A stretch of 64,000 nt of DNA from Anaerolineae bacterium (lineage in GTDB: Bacteria; Chloroflexota; Anaerolineae; Aggregatilineales; UBA3940). Positions 20,237 through 30,420 of the stretch are shown here, piece by piece. The first letter of the stretch is position 1; each line of letters opens with the position of its first letter. Location: contig DAOTXR010000048.1 of NCBI GenBank assembly GCA_034435375.1, positions 16,984 to 80,983 on the forward strand, in the 5' to 3' direction. The notes below the pieces were generated by a model that was not told where the DNA came from, did no database searches, and saw only the letters and a program-made list of their open reading frames with translations. A program made the translations under genes and the position numbers.

Positions 20237-22000
20237 ATGTCTGTCGAGTTTACGGCGCGTCTGTTTGAAAGGACCGATCGTCGCAGTGCGATGCGATTTA
20301 TCTGGTCACACGTCCGCCGCCATCCTCTGGTCGGCGCGGGGATCATCTTCGGCGCGTTCAGCAACGCAGCCCTGGCCTCCGCCATTCCGTATTTCACCGG
20401 TGAAGCCTTCAATGCCATTATTCATGGTCCGGATCTCAGACGTGTGGGACTGCTGGCCCTGGCGATTGTCCTGAGCCAACTCGCACGCGGCGCACTCCAG
20501 TTGGTACGCAACTTCTCAGCGGAGACATTTGCCCAGCGTATTGAGCGCGATGTTCGCGACGAACTCTATGCCAGCCTGCTCGGCAAGAGCATGACATACC
20601 ATGACAGTACACCGGTTGGGGAAATCATGGCGCGGGTGACCAACGACGTACGTGAGATGAACCTGATGATGAGCCCCGGCCTGAATCTGGTGTTAGGCTC
20701 AGCCATGTTCGTCGCAGTTCCTTTGTTTGCTGCCCCCATCATTTGCCCTCAGTTGATCCTCGTCCCAGCGTTGTTCGTCATCTTGTATATCCTCATCCAG
20801 ATTCGCTACGTTAGGTCTGTGCACACGGTGGCCCAGCAGGTACGGGCGAGCTTTGGCCGCATGAATGCCCGTCTGGCGGAGACCCTGGATGGCATCGAGA
20901 TCGTCAAAGGTTCAGCGCAAGAAGACCAGGAGGCTCTGCACTTCAGTACGCTGGTCGATGAGGTACGTGACCGCTTTGTCGAGCAGGGCAAGATCGAGGC
21001 GCGGTACTTTGCAGCATTGCTGCTGGCGATGGCCTTGGTGGCCGGGTTCTTACACGCTGCTCTCCTGTACCGAGCCGGCCTGATCAATGCGGGAGACATC
21101 GTGGCCTTTATGGGGCAGCTTGGGTTGTTCGGGTTTCCGGTCTTCAGTTCGCTTTTTTCGCTGTCGCGCATGGCGTCGGGCTATGCCAGCGCCCAGCGCA
21201 TTCTCAACGTGATCACCACCACCACTGTTCTTGACCAGAATGAGCAGGGCCATGACGCGCCCTTGCGGGGTGCCATCACCTTTGAGCACGTGGATTTCGG
21301 ATATGCGCCAGGCAAACAGGTGCTGCATGACCTATCGTTCACCCTTCAGCCAGGGCAGACAGTAGCCCTTGTTGGCCAGACAGGGTCGGGCAAAAGTACA
21401 GTGGCCAAGCTCATCAATCGCACCTATGACGTGAGTGCTGGCCGGGTGTTGATCGACGGTGTAGACGTGCGTGACTGGAAGTTGGAGGCATTGCGTTCAC
21501 AGATCAGCATCGTCGAACAGGAAATCTTCCTGTTCAGCCGTAGCATCGCCGATAACATCCGCTTTGGCAGGACAAATGCCACAGACGAAGAGGTCGAGGA
21601 GGCAGCCTACAAGGCCCAAGCCCACGAGTTTATCTCAGGTTTTCCAGAAGGCTATGATACGGTGATCGGTCAGCGGGGCGTGACACTGAGCGGTGGTCAG
21701 CGCCAGCGGCTGGCGATTGCACGCGCCTTCCTGACCAATCCGCGCATCCTGATCCTGGATGACAGCACCAGCGCGATTGACAGCGCCACAGAGGATCACA
21801 TCCAGCGGGCTATCTGGGCTGCTGCCAGAGGGCGGACGACGATCATCATCACCCATCGGCTGTCGCAGATCCGATGGGCCGATCACATTATTGTGCTGCG
21901 CCGAGGGCGGGTGGTGGCTCAGGGCAGGCACGAGGACCTGATCCAGACGTCTGAGGTATACCGCCGCATCTTCGCACGCTATGAAGGAACCGTGCCCTAG
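20237..22000 (+). CDS. ABC exporter, fused permease/ATPase, subunit with non-canonical Walker B (degenerate-site half)
   Basis: Six-helix TMD plus NBD. Walker A GQTGSGKST, signature LSGGQRQR, Walker B ILILDDS (Asp in place of the catalytic Glu), H-loop ITHRL. ATG 20237 follows GGTGA at ~9 nt. ORF-track maximum is 20210..22000. Confidence 0.88.
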   Translation: MSVEFTARLFERTDRRSAMRFIWSHVRRHPLVGAGIIFGAFSNAALASAIPYFTGEAFNAIIHGPDLRRVGLLALAIVLSQLARGALQLVRNFSAETFAQRIERDVRDELYASLLGKSMTYHDSTPVGEIMARVTNDVREMNLMMSPGLNLVLGSAMFVAVPLFAAPIICPQLILVPALFVILYILIQIRYVRSVHTVAQQVRASFGRMNARLAETLDGIEIVKGSAQEDQEALHFSTLVDEVRDRFVEQGKIEARYFAALLLAMALVAGFLHAALLYRAGLINAGDIVAFMGQLGLFGFPVFSSLFSLSRMASGYASAQRILNVITTTTVLDQNEQGHDAPLRGAITFEHVDFGYAPGKQVLHDLSFTLQPGQTVALVGQTGSGKSTVAKLINRTYDVSAGRVLIDGVDVRDWKLEALRSQISIVEQEIFLFSRSIADNIRFGRTNATDEEVEEAAYKAQAHEFISGFPEGYDTVIGQRGVTLSGGQRQRLAIARAFLTNPRILILDDSTSAIDSATEDHIQRAIWAAARGRTTIIITHRLSQIRWADHIIVLRRGRVVAQGRHEDLIQTSEVYRRIFARYEGTVP

Positions 22001-22036
22001 CATACAGAGGTTGAGGAGTAAGCCAGGAAACCAGAG

Positions 22037-23863
22037 ATGGGAATGTTCATCGGGCTTGATGCAGAAAAGTACGATCGTCAGTACCCTGACTCCTACCTCT
22101 TTCGGCGGTTGTGGGATTACCTCCGGCCACAGCGGCGTCGGCTACTAGCCGTGATAGGGATGAGCCTGATCGCCTCATTGGTCCAGGCCCTGATCCCAAT
22201 CCTGATCGCCGCTGGGGTGGGCGTATTGGAAAATCAGGCGGCGGGTAGCTGGCTGGCTCTGTTGATTGGCGCGCTGCTGATTGCCGAGCTGACCGACTAT
22301 CTAGCCAACTGGCTGCGACGCCGATTGATGAATTGGATGGTGGCTGACCTGGTGAGCCAGTGGCGCAAAGATGCTCTGACCGCAGCAGCCCACCGCGATA
22401 TGGCGTTCTACGATCAGAACAAGTCAGGCAAGATCCTTAGCCGTATTACTCACGACACCGATGAGCTGGGCCAGAGTCTCATCCTCACGTCCGATATCAT
22501 CACTCAGGTCGTGCAGGCCATGCTGCTGATCGGCGTCCTGTTCAGCCGCAACGTGCAGCTGACACTGATGATGCTTATCTTTACGCCCATTATCGTCAGT
22601 GTAGCCATGCTGTTCCGCAAGCTGGCCCGCCAGGTCACGCGGCAGGGGTCGCGCGCTATGGCTGCCGTCAACGATGCCATCCAGGAAACCGTCTCAGGCA
22701 TCATTGTGGCCAAGAACTTCCGCCAAGAAGCGATGATCTACGACCAGTTTGTCCAGGTCAACACCCAGTCGTACCGGATCAACATGCAACGCGGTTTCGT
22801 GTTGTCTACTGTGTTTCCAGCGTTGAACGCGCTGGCGGGGTTTGCGATAGCAGCTATCGTCTACTTTGGCGCGCGGGCGGTCGTGGGCGGTGCGATCGAT
22901 GTCAGCGTGTGGTATCTGTACATCCAGTCGGTGGATCGCTTCTGGTTTCCCTTCATCAACATTGCCACCTTCTGGAGCCAATTTCAGCAGGCAATGAGCG
23001 ACCTGGAGCGCGTCTTTGCACTGATTGATGCCGAGAACACAGTCAAGCAGATCGACAACCTACCCGCTGGGCGGTTGCGGGGACATATCCTGTTTGACCA
23101 TGTACACTTCTCCTATCAATCGGAATTGCCTGTGCTTGAGGACTTCTGTCTGACTATCGAAGCTGGGGAAAACGTGGCATTCGTTGGGCACACGGGGGCA
23201 GGTAAAAGCACGATCGCTAAGTTGATCACGCGCTTTTACGAGTTCCAGGGTGGGCGCATTCTGATCGATGGACGTGACATCCGATCGTTTGACCTGCAAT
23301 CGTACCGAAGCCAGTTGGGGCTGGTCCCTCAAGCCCCGTTTCTGTTCAGCGGTACCATCGCTGACAACATCCGCTATGGCAGGCCGAGTGCGACGGACGC
23401 TGAGATCGAGAAGATTGCTTATAGCATTGGAAATGGGGAATGGTTGGAGACAATCCCTCAAGGTCTCCAGACCGATGTGGGGGAACGTGGATCGCGGCTG
23501 AGCATGGGCCAGCGCCAGCTCATCAGCCTACTGCGTGTGCTGGCCCAGCGGCCTGCCATCTTCATCTTGGATGAAGCCACAGCCAGCGTTGACCCCTTTA
23601 CCGAGATGCAAATCCAGGAAGCGCTGCAGATGATCTTGGCGCGGTCGACCTCGATCCTGATCGCCCATCGATTAAGCACAGTGCGCACAGCAGACCGCAT
23701 CATTGTGCTACGGGAAGGGAGTATCATTGAGGAAGGCAATCATGACTCGTTGCTGAAGCAGGGTGGGCACTACGCAGATCTGTACAACACCTATTTTCGC
23801 CACCAGTCGCTCAGCTATGTGGAGGGGTCGCGTGCTATGTTTGGATCTGAAGCCGCCGACTGA
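22037..23863 (+). CDS. ABC exporter, fused permease/ATPase, subunit with degenerate signature motif (consensus-site half)
   Basis: Walker A GHTGAGKST, signature LSMGQRQ (degenerate), Walker B IFILDEAT (canonical Glu), H-loop IAHRL. Lies 36 nt downstream of the partner gene. Confidence 0.9.
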   Translation: MGMFIGLDAEKYDRQYPDSYLFRRLWDYLRPQRRRLLAVIGMSLIASLVQALIPILIAAGVGVLENQAAGSWLALLIGALLIAELTDYLANWLRRRLMNWMVADLVSQWRKDALTAAAHRDMAFYDQNKSGKILSRITHDTDELGQSLILTSDIITQVVQAMLLIGVLFSRNVQLTLMMLIFTPIIVSVAMLFRKLARQVTRQGSRAMAAVNDAIQETVSGIIVAKNFRQEAMIYDQFVQVNTQSYRINMQRGFVLSTVFPALNALAGFAIAAIVYFGARAVVGGAIDVSVWYLYIQSVDRFWFPFINIATFWSQFQQAMSDLERVFALIDAENTVKQIDNLPAGRLRGHILFDHVHFSYQSELPVLEDFCLTIEAGENVAFVGHTGAGKSTIAKLITRFYEFQGGRILIDGRDIRSFDLQSYRSQLGLVPQAPFLFSGTIADNIRYGRPSATDAEIEKIAYSIGNGEWLETIPQGLQTDVGERGSRLSMGQRQLISLLRVLAQRPAIFILDEATASVDPFTEMQIQEALQMILARSTSILIAHRLSTVRTADRIIVLREGSIIEEGNHDSLLKQGGHYADLYNTYFRHQSLSYVEGSRAMFGSEAAD

Positions 23864-24010
23864 GCACAGCGGGCATCTAAAGAGGAGAGGATGTCTTGCA
23901 GGTTGCCCAGGAGGATGTGAGAGGTGTCTATACATTCCCCTTCCTCCAAACCAGAGCATTCTGTTCAACGGCGTGAGACCCTTAGTGAGCTTGCTCGTTG
24001 GGGGGGAGCG

Positions 24011-24847
24011 CTAAAAGAGACGGCGGAGTAAGCCCACGACCAGTGTCAACATCCCCATTGCGGCCAGCGAAATAATCACCGCAGCAGGAGCAATACCGCC
24101 TTGTTCGAGCTGGGCCGTCTGCGGTTCGGGCAGTACATCGGGTTGAATGTAGGGCTGCGGCGGAGTGAAGGTTGGCAGCGGCCCTGCAGCCGCCTGTCCC
24201 TCAAGGGCTGGTGGCTGGGTGAAAACGCCCGTTGGGATGAACAAAGCCGTGGTGGTGGCTGTCTCCGCTGCTCCAGGCGTTTGTAGCAGGAGCGTGGCAG
24301 TGGCCTGGATCGCTGCCTGGGTGGGATCGACGGTAGGGGGGGCAGGTGGCGTGACTGCCGGGACGGTGGTGATGTCGCCCCGCACGATCACCAGCGGTGC
24401 ATACACCCATGCCTTGCCATCGGGTCCGTCCGCCCATGCTACTAAGTACCAGTCATAGCCCAGCCAACGCCCAATGATGGGCAGCATCAGCCCTGGCTGA
24501 AGTTCAGCCAGCACATCAAAGTCCATACCTGGACCTGTGCGCAAGTTGGTCGGGTTGCCGAAGATCTCAGCCAGGACTGGCACGGGGGTCGGAGTGCGGC
24601 TTGGCGTAGCTGTCGGCCCCCCGATCATCGTGGGCGTTGCGGTCGGGAAGAGAAAGCCGCTGACCGGGGTGTTGGATGGCTGCTGCTCGACAGGCAGGTC
24701 GCCGGCGGCAGTTGCCGCGCTGGCAGAGACGCCGAGCGTGAGAAGTGCCAGTAAACCCAGCACAAATGTGAGTCTGATGCTTTTAGGGAAAGTCAACCAG
24801 CAGTTCATGGCGGGCGTGATCGTACCGCTGCACAGAGAAGTTGGCAA
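24011..24847 (-). CDS. SH3b-domain surface protein with C-terminal membrane anchor
   Basis: 278 aa. Signal-like N-terminus, Pro/Thr-rich spacers, SH3b-like NLRTGPGMDFDVLAEL...WYLVAWADGPDGKAWVYAPLV, C-terminal helix GIAPAAVIISLAAMGMLTLVVGLLRRLF. The start may be the internal MNCW at 24808. Confidence 0.65.
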   Translation of the reverse strand: MPTSLCSGTITPAMNCWLTFPKSIRLTFVLGLLALLTLGVSASAATAAGDLPVEQQPSNTPVSGFLFPTATPTMIGGPTATPSRTPTPVPVLAEIFGNPTNLRTGPGMDFDVLAELQPGLMLPIIGRWLGYDWYLVAWADGPDGKAWVYAPLVIVRGDITTVPAVTPPAPPTVDPTQAAIQATATLLLQTPGAAETATTTALFIPTGVFTQPPALEGQAAAGPLPTFTPPQPYIQPDVLPEPQTAQLEQGGIAPAAVIISLAAMGMLTLVVGLLRRLF

Positions 24848-24979
24848 CCTGCATTTGTCAGATGGCTCCCAGGCATGCGGTCTGTGCGCTTTGGCGCGGT
24901 GTGAGGGTCAAAGTGTGCGTCTCTTCGATTGCGCTGTTCGCGCCGTTATAATCACGCACTGAATCTACTGTACTACATG

Positions 24980-24988
24980 TGCTATAAT
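24980..24988 (+). promoter_or_regulatory. Extended -10 promoter (TGcTATAAT) positioned for a leaderless tilS mRNA
   Basis: TGCTATAAT at 24980-24988. The tilS ATG (24996) begins 8 nt after the -10 hexamer and there is no room for a Shine-Dalgarno sequence. Confidence 0.45.
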
Positions 24989-24995
24989 CGGCTTG

Positions 24996-26471
24996 ATGGA
25001 CCTGTTCAACGAGTTTGTACGAACGCTGTCTGCCTTTAACGTCTTGGGGCCCAACGATCCGGTAGTGATAGGTGTGTCCGGCGGACCGGACTCGCTGGCG
25101 CTGCTGCACCTGTTCGTGCGCGCCCGCGGCACACTGGGAGTGGCGCCGCATGTCGTCCACCTGAACCACCGGATTCGGGGTCAAGAGGCTGATATTGACG
25201 CCGAGTTCGTCGCAGCCATGGCAGCGGAGTGGCAAGTGCCGTGCCGTGTGGAGCAGATGGACGTACCCGCGCTGGCCAACGAACGGCGATTGTCGCTGGA
25301 AGAGGCGGCTAGACAGGCCCGTTACACTGCGCTGGGACGGGCCGCAGCTCAGATAGGCGCTCGGGTAGTTGCCGTCGCGCACAATGCCGATGACCAGGCC
25401 GAGACAGTGCTGATGCACCTCTTGCGCGGCGCAGGGCTGGTCGGCCTGCGTGGCATGTTGCCCATCACGCGACTGAACGACTACCATCTGCTGGTCCCCC
25501 TCGATGCCACCGTGCTGTTGATTCGCCCCCTGCTCGAAGTGCCGCGTTCAGACATCGAAGCTTACTGCATCGCTCATAATCTTTCCCCCCGCTTCGACCG
25601 TTCCAATCTGGATACGACCTATTTCCGCAATCGGCTGCGGCATGAGATCATCCCACACCTGGAAGAGATCAACCCAAATGTGCGTGTGATTCTGACTCGC
25701 ACAGCCTCAGTGATCTCAGCCTACTACGATGTTCTGCGGCCTCAGATTGACGCTGTTTGGAAGGCTACAGTACGTGAGGCTAACGCTGAGCGAATTAGCT
25801 TTGACCTGGCGGGTTGGCGGGCTTTGCCTCTGGCTCTACAGCGTGCTCTGATTCGGCGCGCCACGCGGCGCCTGCGCTTGACACTGCGCGATGTAACCTA
25901 CCAGCATGTCGAGGATGCAGTGAGCATAGCGCAACGTGGTGAGACCGGCGCCCAGGCAACTTTGCCCGGTGGACTGGTGCTGCGTGTCACCTATGATGAG
26001 ATCGTCATTGCCCCGGTGGACCACCGACCTACTGCTCCAGACTGGCCGCTGATTGCGCCGGGTAGCTCCATCGAGATCAGCGGACCGGGCGAGCACGTAC
26101 TGCCAGGGTCTGCGTGGGACTTTAGCCTGCAAGTTTATGATGGCCCTCGGTCCGGCTCGGCCTGGCAAGCTTTGCTGTCTGGTCCATGGACCAGTCCTAT
26201 CAACGCCGATGTGATCAAGCAGCCCCTCGTGCTGCGGACGCGGCGATCTGGCGATCGTTTCTTTCCGTTAGGGCTGGGAGGCACTCAGAAGGTCAGCGCT
26301 TTCATGATCAACCAGAAGATTCCGCTGGAATGGCGCGACCAAGTACCGCTGTTAGTGGCTGGCGATCAGGTGGCGTGGGTATGTGGTTGGCGGATCGATG
26401 AGCGGTTTGCTGTTCGTGACGACACACAGACGGTATGGGTGGCCAGCTTCGAACAGATCAAGAGTGGGTGA
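24996..26471 (+). CDS. tilS: tRNA(Ile)-lysidine synthetase
   Basis: PP-loop VIGVSGGPDSLAL, HLNH, AHNADDQAET, and C-terminal TilS domain (RTRRSGDRF...QKVSAFMINQKIP). Confidence 0.92.
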   Translation: MDLFNEFVRTLSAFNVLGPNDPVVIGVSGGPDSLALLHLFVRARGTLGVAPHVVHLNHRIRGQEADIDAEFVAAMAAEWQVPCRVEQMDVPALANERRLSLEEAARQARYTALGRAAAQIGARVVAVAHNADDQAETVLMHLLRGAGLVGLRGMLPITRLNDYHLLVPLDATVLLIRPLLEVPRSDIEAYCIAHNLSPRFDRSNLDTTYFRNRLRHEIIPHLEEINPNVRVILTRTASVISAYYDVLRPQIDAVWKATVREANAERISFDLAGWRALPLALQRALIRRATRRLRLTLRDVTYQHVEDAVSIAQRGETGAQATLPGGLVLRVTYDEIVIAPVDHRPTAPDWPLIAPGSSIEISGPGEHVLPGSAWDFSLQVYDGPRSGSAWQALLSGPWTSPINADVIKQPLVLRTRRSGDRFFPLGLGGTQKVSAFMINQKIPLEWRDQVPLLVAGDQVAWVCGWRIDERFAVRDDTQTVWVASFEQIKSG

Positions 26472-26506
26472 GAGTCACAATGCTCGGCCTACCCATCCAA
26501 GCAAAA

Positions 26507-26526
26507 CGTCTGCCGCACGGCAGACG
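26507..26526 (-). terminator. Rho-independent terminator of the 134-aa gene (also closes the convergent tilS)
   Basis: Hairpin CGTCTGCC-gcac-GGCAGACG. On the minus strand it is followed by TTTTG. Confidence 0.6.
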
Positions 26527-26568
26527 ATTGCAAGCCCCTCATTCTCCTGATGAAACCAGGCAAGGCTC

Positions 26569-26973
26569 TTACTCTTTCGGCGCGTCCTTCTCTTCGACAG
26601 GTGTGAAACTGCCTGCCATGCGGTCGAGCGCCTCGCTCGCGCTACGGAGCGCAGTCACTACCCCTCGACGCACTTCCTCAGCGACCTTGCCGCTGCGGAC
26701 TTCTTCAGCTACCTGCTGAACGCCCGTCTCGACCTTCTTGCCAGCCTCCGTCTCGCGTAGCTCGCGGACAGCTCGATCGACCTCGGTGACGAAGCGATTC
26801 AGTCCTTCGCGGATTTCACCCTGAATCTTGTGACGCTCCTCACTATTCCAGGCCGTGTCCATAGCCGCAACCAGCTTCCTGCCCAGCGCGGCGAACTCAG
26901 CAGCGATATCGACCCCTTCTTCCTGTGGCCGCTCGTTCTCAGGTATTTCTGGGTGTTCTTTTCCAGTACTCAT
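26569..26973 (-). CDS. Hypothetical highly charged helical protein
   Basis: 134 aa, no hydrophobic segment, Glu/Arg/Ala-rich, internal repeat VAEEVRSGKVAEEVRRG. Has its own terminator. No recognisable family. Confidence 0.55.
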   Translation of the reverse strand: MSTGKEHPEIPENERPQEEGVDIAAEFAALGRKLVAAMDTAWNSEERHKIQGEIREGLNRFVTEVDRAVRELRETEAGKKVETGVQQVAEEVRSGKVAEEVRRGVVTALRSASEALDRMAGSFTPVEEKDAPKE

Positions 26974-27082
26974 TGCATAGCTCCTTGCCTAAATGTCTGA
27001 AATCCTGCCAAGTGCTACCTATGTATACGTATATTCAGACAGCAAGTTGCAGACCTCTCTGATAGGCCAGGACATCTTGCTC

Positions 27083-27796
27083 CTATCGCCCTTGTCTGCC
27101 AATCTCACTTTTCACCTCGGCGATTAGGCGCGTGACAGGGATATCGCGCGGGCAGGCCGAGGTGCAATTGAAGATCGTGCGGCAGCGCCACACGCCGCTC
27201 TCATCGCTCAGGAGCGCCAGACGCCGAGCGGCGGCCCTATCACGGCTGTCGAAGATAAAACGGTGAGCCTGGACAATGGCCGCTGGGCCTATGTATGACC
27301 CGTTAGCCCAGAAAGACGGGCAAGATGTTGTGCAGGCAGCACACAGGATGCATTTGGTCCCTTCCTCATAGATAGCCTGTTGTTCTGGCGTCTGCAGCCG
27401 TTCGCGTTCCGGAGCCGGGCTGTCGTTGACAAAGTAAGGCATCACCGAGCGGTAGTGCTCCATAAAGGGTTCCATGTCAACCACCAGATCTTTGATCACT
27501 GGAAGACCCAAGATCGGTTCGATCTGGATTGTGCCTCTCTCGCGCCGGATCAGGTGCTTGACTAGCGCTTTACAGGCTAGCATGTTCACGCCGTTGATGC
27601 GCATAGCGTCTGAGCCACACACGCCATGAGCGCACGAGCGTCGCAGCGCTAGCGTGCCATCGATCTCCCATCTGACACGATGGAGCAGGTCCAGCACACG
27701 ATCCACTGGCTCGACGTTAGCCAGGGTGTATTCTTTCCAGCTAGGTTTGCGGTCCTTTTCCGGGTTAAAACGCCGGATGCGCAATGTGGCTTCCAT
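27083..27796 (-). CDS. sdhB: Succinate dehydrogenase / fumarate reductase iron-sulfur subunit
   Basis: 237 aa. Cluster motifs CAHGVCGSDAMRING, CILCAACTTSCP, CTSACPRDIP. Confidence 0.95.
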   Translation of the reverse strand: MEATLRIRRFNPEKDRKPSWKEYTLANVEPVDRVLDLLHRVRWEIDGTLALRRSCAHGVCGSDAMRINGVNMLACKALVKHLIRRERGTIQIEPILGLPVIKDLVVDMEPFMEHYRSVMPYFVNDSPAPERERLQTPEQQAIYEEGTKCILCAACTTSCPSFWANGSYIGPAAIVQAHRFIFDSRDRAAARRLALLSDESGVWRCRTIFNCTSACPRDIPVTRLIAEVKSEIGRQGR

Positions 27797-29593
27797 TCAG
27801 TAAACTCGCTCCTTTGGCTGATGTCGGGTGATGACTACAGGTTTGTAGGTCAGCTCGAGCGTACCGTCAGGCTGGCGGGTGGCCAGTGTATGCTTGAGCC
27901 AATGCTCGTCGTCGCGGGCAGGGTAATCTTCGCGCGAGTGCGCCCCTCGGCTTTCGGTGCGAGCCAACGCCGACACGGCAGTCACCTCGGCCAGGTCGAG
28001 CATAGCCCCCAGCTCCCATGCTTCAAGCATATCGTAGTTAAAGACCTTGCCTCGATCATCAATGTGGAGGTCAGTCTGATAGCGATGCTTGAGCAAGCGT
28101 AGGGTCTCGATGGCTTGTTGCATTCCGGCAGCCTCGCGGAAGACCCCCACGTACTTTGACATGGTCTGCTGCATCTGGCTGCGTAGGACGGCCACACGGC
28201 TTGTCCCCGCTGCAAACCGGATGCGTTCCAGCTCAGCCCTGGCAGCGGCAGTGGGATCAGCTGGCAGAGGCACAAATTCTGTCTGCTGGCAGAACTTGGC
28301 CATGGCCCTACCCCCACGGCGGCCAAACACTACCAAGTCCACGAGGGAGTTGGTGCCCAGACGATTCGCGCCGTGGACCGACACACAGGCACACTCACCT
28401 GCGGCATACAGACCCGGCAGTATCGTACCCTGGTGATCGATCACAACCTCAGCATCGAGATTAGTTGGAATGCCGCCCATAGCATAGTGAGCGGTTGGTT
28501 GGACCGGTATTGGCTTGGTGACGGGATCGATGCCCAAGTAGGTCCGGCAGAAGTCAAGGATGTCGGGCAGCTTGCTCTCGATATAAGCCCGGTCAACGCG
28601 GCGGGTCTCACCCCCCTCAGCCAGCACCCGGTTGACCGTCTCGGGCCGCACGTCGAGGTACACATAATCCTTGCTATCGACGCCACGCCCAGCCTGGGTC
28701 TCCAGGTAGATGGCCCGTGACACCACATCGCGACTGGCCAGGTCCTTGATGGTTGGGGCGTAGCGCTCCATGAAGCGCTCGCCCAACCCATTCACCAGGA
28801 TGCCTCCCTCACCACGTACCCCCTCGGTGATCAGGATACCCAGACGATAAATGCCAGTCGGATGGAACTGGTAAAATTCCATGTCCTCCAGTGGAATGCC
28901 GCGCCGGTAAAGGATGGCGCTGCCATCACCTGTGAGCGTGTGAGCGTTGCTGGTGATGTGCCACAGCTTGCCCCAGCCTCCAGTGGCAAACAGGACTGCT
29001 TTGGCGTGGAAGACGTGGAACTCGCCAGTGGCAATCTCAACCGCGACCACCCCCGTTGCGCGGCCATCGCTGATGATCACATCGATGGTGTGGTACTCGT
29101 CAAAGAACGTTACATCGTTCTTAATGCACTGCTGGTAGAGTGTCTGCAAAATCATGTGCCCGGTGCGGTCAGCAGCGTGGCAGGCACGGCGCACTGGCTG
29201 TTTTGTTTCGTTATTGGTGTGTCCACCAAACCGACGTTGGGCAATCTTGCCTTCTGGAGTCCGGTCGAATGGCAAGCCCATGTGCTCCAACTCGATCACC
29301 ACCTCGATTGCTTCACGGCACAACACGTCTACGGCATCCTGATCTGCCAGGTAGTCGGAGCCTTTGACGGTATCGAAGGCATGCCACTCCCAGCGGTCCA
29401 CCTCATGGTTGCCCAGGGCAGCGCCGATGCCGCCCTGGGCTGCGCCAGTATGCGAGCGGGTGGGATAAAGCTTGCTGATGACGGCAGTCTTGACCTCGCG
29501 CGAAGCATACAGTGCAGCCATCAGTCCAGCTCCGCCTGCGCCGACGACGATCGCATCAAACTGGTGGAGTTTCATCGCGAATACCCTTTTCAC
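27797..29593 (-). CDS. sdhA: Succinate dehydrogenase / fumarate reductase flavoprotein subunit
   Basis: [16 protein letters not shown] fold, covalent-FAD site [27 protein letters not shown] 29593 overlaps the sdhD stop (GTGA). The alternative start ATG 29575 (MKLHQFD...) is equally plausible. Confidence 0.93.
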   Translation of the reverse strand: MKRVFAMKLHQFDAIVVGAGGAGLMAALYASREVKTAVISKLYPTRSHTGAAQGGIGAALGNHEVDRWEWHAFDTVKGSDYLADQDAVDVLCREAIEVVIELEHMGLPFDRTPEGKIAQRRFGGHTNNETKQPVRRACHAADRTGHMILQTLYQQCIKNDVTFFDEYHTIDVIISDGRATGVVAVEIATGEFHVFHAKAVLFATGGWGKLWHITSNAHTLTGDGSAILYRRGIPLEDMEFYQFHPTGIYRLGILITEGVRGEGGILVNGLGERFMERYAPTIKDLASRDVVSRAIYLETQAGRGVDSKDYVYLDVRPETVNRVLAEGGETRRVDRAYIESKLPDILDFCRTYLGIDPVTKPIPVQPTAHYAMGGIPTNLDAEVVIDHQGTILPGLYAAGECACVSVHGANRLGTNSLVDLVVFGRRGGRAMAKFCQQTEFVPLPADPTAAARAELERIRFAAGTSRVAVLRSQMQQTMSKYVGVFREAAGMQQAIETLRLLKHRYQTDLHIDDRGKVFNYDMLEAWELGAMLDLAEVTAVSALARTESRGAHSREDYPARDDEHWLKHTLATRQPDGTLELTYKPVVITRHQPKERVY

Positions 29594-30006
29594 CGCTCCG
29601 GCAGGAGAAATGGAGTACCGATCAGGGCGATGCTGCCCAGGGTTAGAATGGTTAACATGATGATCAGCATTCCCACACGCAAAGCCTGGTTGATCAGCCG
29701 ACCGTGTACGTAGTCATTAACGACGTAGACGAATCCCCGATAGCCATGCAGACCAGCAAACCACAGCATAAAAGCGTCGTAGATACGCCAGCCCAGGTAT
29801 GACCAACGGGCGGTGACAACCCAGTGGTAATCGATGACTGCCACACTGTTGATCAGATGGACAATCAGCAAATGGCCTAAGACCAGTGGAATAAGCAGCA
29901 GGCCCGACCACCTCATATACCTCCACCACCATAACTCGGCGCGGTGGATCTGGGCGGGCTTAGCCCGCCCTCCTGTCTGGGTGTGGATTGGCTCATAAGT
30001 GACCAT
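29590..30006 (-). CDS. sdhD: Succinate dehydrogenase membrane anchor subunit (SdhD-like)
   Basis: 138 aa, three hydrophobic helices with His ([10 protein letters not shown]). Position is between sdhC and sdhA. Confidence 0.75.
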   Translation of the reverse strand: MVTYEPIHTQTGGRAKPAQIHRAELWWWRYMRWSGLLLIPLVLGHLLIVHLINSVAVIDYHWVVTARWSYLGWRIYDAFMLWFAGLHGYRGFVYVVNDYVHGRLINQALRVGMLIIMLTILTLGSIALIGTPFLLPER

Positions 30007-30018
30007 GCTCTTCCCTAC

Positions 30019-30420
30019 CTATTTCCCCGTGATGAGATCGCGCATGTGTCCGACCATAAGAATAAAGGCCGGGGCGTAGAGCATCGCCACCAACCCAAAT
30101 GTCCCCAGGGTCATCTGTCGCTGGTATCTCCAGAGTTGCGGCCTGAAGTCCATCAGTGCAACCCGCAGGCCATTGACCCCGTGGTAAATGACAGCCAGCA
30201 CCAGTACCAGCTCGCCGATCAAGAATGGCACTGACTTATAAAGCGCAATGGCATGCCCATAACCTTCCGGCCAGAAGTACACCCACGAGGTATCGACAAC
30301 GTGGATCATAAAGAAAAGCAGTGTGCCCAGCCCGGCCAGGCGATGGCTCATCCAGGCAAACTGCCCTTCCTTTCCCCGGTAACGCAGGGCTTCACGGATG
30401 GTCGTGACTAATGGTGCCAT
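30019..30420 (-). CDS. sdhC: Succinate dehydrogenase cytochrome b subunit (SdhC-like)
   Basis: Start set to ATG 30420 (MAPLVTTIREALRY...), preceded by GGGAGG at 7 nt. Three helices, SHRLAGLGTLLFFMIHVVD. The ORF-track extension to 30528 has no support. Confidence 0.78.
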   Translation of the reverse strand: MAPLVTTIREALRYRGKEGQFAWMSHRLAGLGTLLFFMIHVVDTSWVYFWPEGYGHAIALYKSVPFLIGELVLVLAVIYHGVNGLRVALMDFRPQLWRYQRQMTLGTFGLVAMLYAPAFILMVGHMRDLITGK

